This document shows, in pieces, positions 23,828 to 33,810 of a stretch of DNA of 64,000 nucleotides; the first letter of the stretch is position 1, and each line of letters opens with the position of its first letter. The DNA is from Anthoceros angustus (Eukaryota; Plantae; Anthocerotophyta). The notes under the pieces are model-generated. The model was given only the letters and a program-made list of their open reading frames with translations, did no database searches and was not told the DNA's origin. The translations under genes were made by a program, and so were the position numbers. The stretch spans positions 1 to 64,000 of the forward strand of contig MU008154.1 in NCBI GenBank assembly GCA_010909165.1, read 5' to 3'.

Positions 23828-26800
23828 TTATAAAGACCTGAACGTCTCTAAAGTGTCTGGGTCTAACTCAAATACCTCACGACCATCTAACACTCGCTGG
23901 AAGAGTGCAAACTTGCAAGTATGCACCGTTGCAGCAGGGAGTATGCACTCTGCTTCATCCAGGTCTAGGGTGTAAACATGACCGTCTGGCTCAAGCCCCT
24001 GGTAATATTGGCCCACTACAATATCATCACCTGGGAGGAAAGTACGAAGGCTCCAAGGACATGTTCTTGCCACATCGGTTTGTGGGAAGCAGTGCACCTA
24101 ACCAAGTAGAAAGTTGCACCTTCGCCGCCTGCACCCACAACAAAGTTATCGCCTACCTCCGAGCGGCCATATCGATGAGGTCCTCGAGGCTTCCTCATCG
24201 CCTTCGTTGCTGGATCTAGTGTGGCTCTCAACGTGGTCATCAACCAACGATGTTCCACATCGTTGTCGAGTTGCTATTCTCGTCGCTCGACCGCCGATGT
24301 GCTTTAACGATATATGGCGCGATTCCTGATGAGCCTTTCACATCTTTGCATGGTCCGTCCATGCAAGCCCCACAAAAGCAAGCCAAGTGTCTCATTTTCA
24401 CCCGTGGATTCAAAGCATCTTGAGAATACCCATAAATGGAGTGCATGCTCTTGGAACTGGGATCGAGGCACACCCCACTTTTGTCTCCTATTGACATCCG
24501 TCTTCCCAATCAACCGTAATAGTCGCTTGACGCCTTTCACCATTGGTGTATGAGGATCTTTGCCGTTAGAGATTGAGCTACGAGAAATTGACCACATCGG
24601 CCTTGCAATCTCACCGAGGAAGGAGACAATTCTTCAGCTCTCAACGCCACTTCAAGATGGCACCACGTCATGTTCTCCCTTCCGTGTCGACCAAGTAACT
24701 CCAAAGCATATTGCATCCCGATTAGGCTAGGTATCGGCTACAAAGTAACTAGGCTGCGGGCCTTGAACTGGAAGCAGCCCCATCACTCCACATCCAATGC
24801 TCCGTGGTCTCCTATACCGCTGCCCAGCAACCACTCCCAGTGTAGCATGAGACAATCTTTGGACAAAAGGGTGTCATGTTGCATGTCATCGCTGATGTAA
24901 AAATGGTAGAACTTTTCAACGTTGCAAAACGGGTCCTCCTCCACAATTGGACCAGTTCTCTTATACGAAACATGCACAAGAATTGTAACCTGATCACCAT
25001 GCCAATGCATGCTTTGGATCTTGTTCTGCACTTGGAAGGCGTAGTTTTGTGAGAAATCAATCACTGAGACGATGACATCCTCTGGAAACCATTCTAGACA
25101 TTTGCAAAACTCATAAGCTTGCCATCGCTGAACAAAATCATGGGTGATGAAATGTTTCAACTTGCCTTTTAGGAACTCTACCATTTCGAGACGGGTGAGT
25201 TTCCTGTACAAGCTTGATTCGAGACTTGGAAGTGCCGTCTTCATTCTGCCCAACGTGGTGGTATTCAAAACAACGCCACTTCAATGTAGCAGACGGCAGC
25301 AAGTTTGTTGTGACCTCCTGAGGACAAAGCCCTAGCTTCTAAACCCCACAAAGATTGCAATTCCCCATTAAACACTTCCGCTTATGGAAGTCCTCGTCAT
25401 GTGCTTTAGGGCACAACACACTGTGAACCAGTTCACGCACTGAGCCAAAGCAGCTGCGCACTGGTCCGTCAAAGCACCTTCCCCTTGGCAAACAGCACAA
25501 GGACATGAGCATGCAGACCTCAAGTGAACCTTTGATTGGACACGCGGGGTTGAGAGCATCCTTTAGAAATGCCATTTCAACGTGATACCGCAGCAACACA
25601 CGCCGCCTCGCAAGGATTTGATGTAGAAGGGTTTCAACCTCTCAAAGGCACGCGGCCTATCTTGATCTCGGGATCGACTTGAATCGGAGGAAGAACTCCG
25701 TCTGCATCACAAACAACAAGGGACCACAAGTGTAAGAGACTACATCGAGCGTAGAACAAGTGCAACGGACACTTCAAGCTGCATGGTCGGGCAGTGGTGC
25801 GGCAACTTCAAATTGTGACAATGAACCCCATCAAGTGATGAAGCTGTCCTAAAAGTGTAATCTGGCAAAGTGCCGGCGACATCTTGAATAGCACGGGCAT
25901 CGGCACCATGCGATGAGACAACTGGCTGTAGTGTGAGCGGTGTTAGCTTCACCCGAGTGATAGCTGAGTGAAAGCGCTGCAGCCACAATGTTGGATAGGA
26001 CTCCACTGGCGCTAGGACCATCTTCCACACAGACCAACCCCCAACCACAAGCTCTACACACACACTGTAGAACCCATGATGTGGTAAACAACGAAGGAAA
26101 CCCCAACTTGCGCTCACCGTGAGGTATCGAGGAAGTGCGTGATGCGTCGATACACAAAGCAGGGCCACCGCGCACTGGCATCCTTGAGCTCGAGGAAGGG
26201 CGTGAGGAGTTCTCCCAAAGCGGACAATTAAATCCCTCACGGTTGTGCTCAAGGAATCGATCTAACCTTCCGCCCGCACCATTGGTGGCCCCTGCTCGCG
26301 ATGTCCAATTGGCAAAGGGTTTGCACATGCGCCACAACTCGTCTATTGACCCCGAACACGCCCCATGCCGCCGCTTCTTGCATGACATCCTTGGACAAAA
26401 CAATGTTCATGAAAGTTTGCCGAGCTCTCAACTTGTCCGCAACTTGCACACTTTGTAGACTCCTCATAGGACCTGATGTTCTCGAGCTTGATTTGTGGCT
26501 TTTCGAGTCCGGCTTTCCTCCCCCCTTAGAAATTTCTTGAGAATGCGAAGTGTAGAGAACGCCTCAAAATCCTCCTCCTCCACGCCCACTATAGTGGCCA
26601 GGTCCCCAAAAGAAGGACCCTAACTCCCGAGCAACCGGCCTTCGTCGGAGGGCTCCCTTAAACCGGAAGTGTCGAGCAACTCCTTCTGTCGCTCGACACC
26701 GCCTTGACCTTTCAGTGGCTGACAAGCGTGATGATGCGACCGCTCCGCTTGCAGGTGCCACCCGAACTTCATGTGTCTCTACAGCCTGATTTTCTTGAAA

Positions 26801-26970
26801 CCCTGGATGCACAATCTCTACGGAAAGAGTGTGAGATGGCAACAATCCTTCCGCGCATTGTTGATCATTGTCCCGTTCACTTGGTTGAGCTGGTGTTTGT
26901 TGAAACACGATAAAGTTGCAAGGGGGTGAATATACAGGAAGGGGGTTTTCTGTACAATATACACCAAAGG
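23828..26970 (-). mobile_element. Sola2-like DDD transposase gene, intron-containing and frameshifted
   Basis: Motifs read across frames: FERLKPFYIK..C.YHVEM; VIDFSQNY..Q.KIQSMHW..QVTILVH (D1, 25041-25058); FYISDD.QHD; WMWSDGAA..QFK (D2, about 24780); a decayed HG.GEHD.GAILK (D3, about 24670); LACFCGAC. Probable intron at about 26116-25703. 5' end approximate. Confidence 0.8.
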
Positions 26971-27597
26971 GGTTTCAATGGGTTGGGAATCGTGATCCAC
27001 AGCTGTACAATTTTCCTGAAAAGTAGGGTGTGCGAAGCATCGGTTTCATGGACCCGCCTGGTGTGTGCATGGTATTAGGAAAGGCGGACACCATGGAAGT
27101 GTCGAAATAGAGCCCATTAACTTCCCGGTCGGGCCGGTCAATCGAACAAAGAGTTGGTCATTCTAGAATTTGACACCATGGTGGGCCTCAAACCCTATGC
27201 ATCATGTCCGCCTACAGCAGAAACTTGAGAGGGTATGAACCGACACGGAAAGGGTGGTAGAAATCATCCCTATATATGCAACTTTCACATTTTATGGGCG
27301 TCATTCTCGGGTAGGCGTGCGCGCCCTCTGCAAAGCGACGTTGTACCCACCGGCAACGATTGATAGTCATCAGGCATTAAAATGAGATTCGCGCCGCTTG
27401 TCAAACTTCCAACCGTGGTTTCAATCGAAACACAATTATCGAAGCCTTTTGTTTAGTGTTGTTGCGACATGACGACCACTAGTGTGGTGTACCATATGAA
27501 AACGAAACACAAGAAAGTCGCCTCACGATGTACAGTTTTTATTATTCCCTTCTAGAACAAACACCATAAACAAAGACAATGTCAAGTCATGTTCGCC

Positions 27598-30400
27598 CTA
27601 GGGTTCTTCCAAGACAGTTTCCGTCATCATCATCCATGTTGTCAATATCCGCCTCCTCCTCATCGCTGTTATCATCTTCACTGGTTCAATCAAGCCGCGT
27701 ATCTCGCTTAGCTTCTCCTTTATAGCCCTTTTGTCGTTGGCGTATAAATGCTTCCCAGTAAGGTTGAAACCATAGTACAATATTCGTATCATTGATGTAA
27801 ATCTCTTGTATGTTTTGGGGAACACGGTCTTTGACCCTTGCCTTGATGACTTCTCCCCGATGCTTGGGCCCTTGTCCGCGGACGATGTACTCCTCAACAT
27901 ATCGCCTTCGAAAGCGTGATGTTCCCTGCATCGGTGGACCATTAGACTCGGACGGAAAGCATCATGTTTCACTTCCACCACTCTTCCGATCCAAAAGGTC
28001 TCACATTGTGATGTCAAGCATGGAATTGCGATGAACATTCCATTTCCAATCTCACCACATCGCCATTCGATCGCTCCATTTCTTGCTGCCGAGCCACTTG
28101 CGGTAAGCCCCAAGTACATATCACGCCGTGGAAGCTCCCTCAATAATGCTTCGTCAAGGCTTTCATTTGTAGCGCAAAGGTCAGATCAGTATCTTCAACG
28201 TCCGACCTAGAAAACCATTTCCGTGGCTTTTGAGCGCCAGCCAATGTTGTTCTCCACGATAACCGCAATCTCATGCTGGTCCTCCCAAGGCCTCCCACCA
28301 CAAATGTTCATCTGCGGCATGCACGCAAGCCGAGAGCCCTTCTTTAAGATGGGCCACACCTCTGTTGCCTTTAAACCCGAAGTGAGCCTTTTGTCCCTAG
28401 AGCAGTGCTAGGAGAGGTGATCTTTGTGATGTCATTAGACGACGAACTTCAAGAACTCCAAGCCTCCTTCGCCTCCATAGCGGAGATGTCGAATATTGCT
28501 TGCTTGAATAACGTGACTAGACCTCGCTCCGCCTTGTCCTCCCGTGTTATCTTAAACGGTGTTGGAGCGAAGGTTATTCGGGTTCCTGATGCACTGCACG
28601 ATAGCCGACCATCTCCTCTTGATGGGCCACATATGACCAAGTCCGGACCTCGGTGAGAATTTTCACCGGAGTTGGTGTGTATGCTTTTCCGAGAATATCG
28701 GATAGCGTGCAATGTGTGCGCTTCCTTGTGTTTCAGCCAAAACCGTGAAAACATCCGGTCCGTGTGTGTGCCCCACTAGCGTAAAGCCCACCTTCACCTT
28801 AAATGTACCCATGTCTACTAACATATTCGGATATGCAAAAGAAGTTGATTTTTGTTCTCTCGACAAGTATTGTCCAACCGCAAGTACAAGACTTTAGGCA
28901 ATATCCTTCATAATTGTGCGAACATCTTGGATGATGCATATCGTTAGATTTGCATCGTTCAAGGTTTTGCATAGTGCAAATATCTGCCGCTTTATATGTA
29001 TAGTTATGAACCATGCAGCCCACCACATGTGCGCCTATGCACTCCTCACTTAAATTCTTTGGCCACCAAAAAATGTGGGATCTCCGTTTTCTTTTGGTCC
29101 ATCCCATCAATAGCGAGTAACATGTACTTGTGGGGCTCAACGTAGCTTTTCGTCCGGTGTTTGGCCATTTTGGCACGTCACGAGCCGCGATGTGCCTCAA
29201 GCGCATGTTGATATTTCTCGCACCAAACAATGTACGTTTCTTTAGCATCTACAAGCCGCCCATGCGGTACAATCAACTTCGAAGGGAGGAGAAGAGGCCG
29301 CGCGGCGCCTCCTCCCTCTAAACCCTCTCCTCTCTCGGGAGGAGGCGCCGGCCGGCGCCTCCTCCCTAAACCATTCCTTGTACGCACCTTATCTAAGATG
29401 TCAAGATAGCCATAGTTCGAGGAGGCGCCGGCCGGCCGCTCCCAACTATGGCTATCTTGACATCACTGCCACATAGCCAACGCAGAAATAGGGAAGGGAA
29501 TGGACTGGGAAGGGATGCCATACCTTGATCCACCTTTGAAAAAGTGTTCAATGGTTGCCTTTAACCTGCGCATATCGCATAATGAAAACTTGGACTTAGG
29601 TATCTTAACACGTCAAGTGCACCTTCCAGAGCCTTAGAAACTGCATATGTCATAGCCCTTGTTTGTGACCGCTCACATTGTCGCTTGTCGGGCCCATAGC
29701 TCCAGCCGCGTGTCCTAAGAAGATATACCGCTGGGGAGCCGCTCCGCCATGGACATGAAAACGTTGTCCATCCACGCAAGTGCATCCTGTGATGATCCGA
29801 GTTGTGATGGATTTGGTCTCGTTATCCCACGGCGAGTTGCCACCGCCACTCTTCATATCGCTTATGACCAATGTAAAACCCGCCTAAATGCTCGTAGGCA
29901 ACATCCGAAGATGTCGCACCAACAAGGTGGGGTTGAACCTTTGTATGAACTCCGCCATCACTTACCACCTTTATGTGGACTCAAGGTGTGTCTCCGCTCT
30001 TGACGTCCCATGCGTAGGAACCTATACCGATGTTCTTGGAATTTTTCTTTTGTCAATTTCGAACACACATTTGATTGCGATGGCTTCCGAAACTCTCCAG
30101 ATTGCACACATCACTTCTTCGCAAAGGCACGCCAAGCCCTCCTCCTCGCATGCATCTTCCACGCGATTTCTCACCGCAATGAATCGCTCAAAGGTTTTGC
30201 TTGGAATGTAATAGCGGAGGGAATTCCCCACGATCGTGTCCGCCAAGACATCGCTGCCCTCATCTTCATGGTGCAATGCTTCGCCTCATGATCTCCGCCG
30301 TGAGGGAACAATCCTCGCCTTAGGTCTGCGATTGGGTTCCGCCATTTTGTCGCCAAGGGTCCTATGGTCGTTCATATCTTCCACGGAAGGACTTCTCCTA
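27598..30400 (-). mobile_element. Sola1-like (DUF7869-type) DDD transposase gene, intron-containing and frameshifted
   Basis: Motifs read across frames: AWMDNVFMSMAERLP; LAIDGMDQKKTEIPHF (D1, about 29094-29111); LYLRLDNTCRENKNQL (D2, about 28850-28890); GFTLVGHTH..DRMFSRF (D3, about 28740-28790). GT-AG intron 29387-29249; stop at 27598. Confidence 0.8.
29284..29464. repeat. GC-rich palindrome cluster and a 21-bp-arm hairpin inside the Sola1-like gene
   Basis: Perfect 30-bp palindrome GGGAGGAGGCGCCGGCCGGCGCCTCCTCCC at 29337-29366. Perfect inverted arms at 29397-29417 and 29444-29464. Confidence 0.9.
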
Positions 30401-32506
30401 ATTGCCGCATAAGTTAAGGTCTGGGTGGTGGCAGACGGGATAGTTGGCGATACCACCGGCTTCAAAAGTGGAATTCCACCTCCACTCCTTTTACCTACAT
30501 GCATGGTTCCCACCACACGGTGATGAGAAAAGTTGGGAAAACATATGCCAATGAAACCCAAACGCCTAACCTTACCTCCAGAAGGCGGTGCGATTCCACC
30601 AACATTGCCGGGCGTGGATGGGTTGTGGATCGCTGCCCATATATGGAAGTTGCGCGCCTCGATTGTGGTGGGCGCCATCTCGCTCTTCTCTCCCCAAACA
30701 CCCAACCGTTAGCGTGTATGGATTGAATGGCGTGCACATGTGCATTTCAATGACACGGTAGCCGCAGACCTCTTCGCTGTGTGCCGCTGTAACATCGAAG
30801 GGCTACAACTCGGGGGAATAGGCGCTATGGAGAACGCTCGCAGACAATGGAACAATAGCGACCGCGTTGAAGAAAGCTACTGAGGTCCCCAATGTCCGCC
30901 TTATAGAACAAAGATGTATGAGCACAGTGTGCTTGTGCCGCAATGTCGACAGAGCCTTTCCCCGGCGGCGCCGCCACCGACATCGGTGTTTAATATCGCA
31001 CATGGCAAAGGGAATCCTGATGTGGTTTACGATCCGATGCAAATACACCGGATATCAAATCAGGACAAATATACCTATGCCTTATATCACATATATCACC
31101 CTTATGCCTATAAAACCTGCAAGCCCTAATACGAAAAGAGAGCCAACTTAATCTCTGACGGGAGCCGGCCCTTGAGTCAGCAATTCATTTCCACTTGTTC
31201 ACTCTCAGGAAGTTGCGCCCCGCGTCTCCGACTGTGTGTGTGTGCGCCTGTGATCAGAGGTGTGTGTGCGCCTGTGATCGCGAGGGGCCGCACCGCACCG
31301 CCGCCTCCCTTAACCCGCTACTGCTCGCTTGCGCGACGGTGAGCGCGATCGCCTGGAATCAGGGGAGATGGCATCTGGGAGGCGTAGCAGGAAGGAGAAG
31401 AATGCCTTTGAGCACGAAAGGACCTCCCTTTGCCCAAGCGAAGAAGGGAGAGGAAGCAAGAAACGACAGAAGGGACACAGAGGATGTGGTGCACAGTGCG
31501 CCACAAGGCGAGTGCATCCGGCGGCGATGAGCAACCTCGCACAAATCGGAGCGAATTCCACAGGAGGGGCGAGTGGTGGGAGGCTCACCACAACTCGGGA
31601 AAGGCAAGCACCACGCGAGGCGAGGTGGGTGATGAAGGCGAGAAGTGTGCGTAAACGCCCGATGCCGCCCGATTCAATCGCCTTCAACTACGAGGAGACT
31701 ATGCATTTCGTGAGGCCGGCAAGTATGCGAGTATTCGCGTTGTTGAGAAGAATTGGATGATTTGCCGTGAAGAGGAACCGGAGGACGAGGATGCGTTTGG
31801 ACACCTGCTCAAGTTGTGGGTGGTGGGATACAAAGATGCTTTGCCTAATCCGAGCCCGAGGTGGGTGATTTGGGCAACATTGGACATGACGGTACCAAGC
31901 ACAACTCCTTGTGGTGAGGAAGCCGCAAGACTTCACGACATTGCATCCAAACCCACAGCCATGATTGTTCCACGTGACATTTGCGGGGTTGATCTTTAAG
32001 AAATGTGCACCTTCACGCTTGATCGAGTTATTCGACGCCGGCAAGAGACATCGGTGAGTGCATTTGGGTGGCATGTTCTTGGGTTTCGCTAATCGTAATG
32101 TGCATCCGTGTGGCTTATCTTGTCCATCCATGTTGGTTTGCAGCGGAGCAGATGGGCAAAAGTTTCATTGCCTGCCTCTACCGAGCTCACATAAAGCGCT
32201 TTTAGCACATAGGCGGGCTATGTCTATTCGCAGTTCTCGGATAGCGAGGAAATGGAGGGGATGATGAGACATCGGTGGAAAGCGAGCTTGGTCCATCCGA
32301 TGAAGACGAGCGACGATCCGGACATGTTAGGCCATTCGGATGATGACGATGTGTATTCGGCAGGTGAAGAGGAGGAATATGGAATATGCCGGCCCGAAAT
32401 TCCATGGATGTAACGAGCCCTCAGGCGGAGGCGGTCAGGCGCCGGCCGGCGCTGCTGTCAGACTCGCCAGAGTTGGCGCGGACCCTAACGTTCATAGGGT
32501 TTGCAA

Positions 32507-32612
32507 GGGAGGAGGCGCCGGCCGGCCGGCCGGCCGGCCGGCCGGCCGGCCGGCCGGCCGGCCGGCCGGCCGGCCGGCCGGCCGGCCGGCCGGCCGGCCG
32601 GCCGGCCGGCGC
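32507..32612. repeat. Self-complementary (CCGG)n microsatellite, about 23 units, expanded from the palindrome core
   Basis: GGGAGGAGGCG followed by an uninterrupted (CCGG)n tract and then CGCC. It has the same left flank as the palindrome at 29337. Confidence 0.9.
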
Positions 32613-33580
32613 CCGAGGGGGTTCCTCCCTTGGCCCATGGCCCGGAGAGGCCATGCGGGGAGGAGGGCGCCGGCCGGCGCCCGAGGTGCCGAGGGGTTCC
32701 ACCTCCGCCCATGTGGGGCAAACAGGAGAGGCCATGCGGGAGAGGAGGGCGCCGGCCGCCAGAAGCACCTCTCGTGAGGAGCATGAAGCATGTGGGGAAG
32801 TGAGGGAGGGAGCTAGGCGGGCCGATGCCATGGACATGGCGGTGGGGAATCCGATGACTATGCTGCATGGTAGAGGAAAAGGAAAGGACTTCGCAGATTT
32901 CACGAAAGAGGGCCCATAGCGATCGTGGTCCTCAAGAAAAGAAAAAGTCCAGACCGATTGGAAGCTTAGGCGGTGGCACCCATTGCGGCGCTCATGTCCC
33001 AACGGATGAGGAGAGGTTAGAAGCGGTGAGAGATGAAGACCCTTTAACCCGTGTAAGGGAATCGGCGATGCAAGAAAGTTGTTCGAGACAGGGTGAAGTC
33101 GAGAATCTAAGGCGCCGCATATCACTCCGGATGCACAGATACTGGAAGGTTTAAGCATGGACGAATTACTTGGCCCGGTCATATCGAAGGGAGAATAGAG
33201 GAAGGCGTATTGCCTCATGTATGATAGACCCGTGAATGCGACAACATGGAAGCAATCGGATTGGCAACGATTTAGGCAAAAACTTATGTCATGGGAGTAC
33301 AAGGGAATCACACTTTTGCGGCGATGAAGCATTTGATATGGCACTGTGGAAAACGGTTTCGATGTCGAGGCTCACGTACGCGGTCTCACACTTGAGATGC
33401 GGGTTCTAGCTACCACAATATTATGTCGGACAAGAGAAGAAAATGTCTTTCATCGGTGTCGGTATCTCCGTGATGAGCGCTTATTGCCAAGCGTGAAGGG
33501 TGCATATGACTATGGCATGGAAATTCAATTTGTACAAGGTTCGGGCCTCATTGACGGCGAGGGAGAGAAGACGACGCTAT

Positions 33581-33810
33581 AAGCAAAACAAGGTGGATAA
33601 CAGGACTCATATACTTTGTATTGCAAAGCAAGAAGGGAGAATTTGGGAGAATATTGACAAAATATTTACAAGTGGGAGGCGGGGAGTTCTTAATGTAAAA
33701 GACACACAGCAGTACAAGCAAAACAAGGTGGATAACAGACTCATATACTTTGTATTGCAAAGCAAGAAGGGAGAATTTGGGAGAATATTGACAAAATATT
33801 TACAAGTGGG
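33581..33810. repeat. About 134-bp-period tandem duplication within the ParB-MTase gene
   Basis: AAGCAAAACAAGGTGGATAACAG...TTTACAAGTGGGAG occurs at about 33581 and about 33716. Confidence 0.85.

Noticed and set aside
32340-33344. Long ORFs with (PAGR)n repeats in all six frames
   Set aside because: They are translations of the stop-free, self-complementary (CCGG)n tract and give no independent coding evidence.
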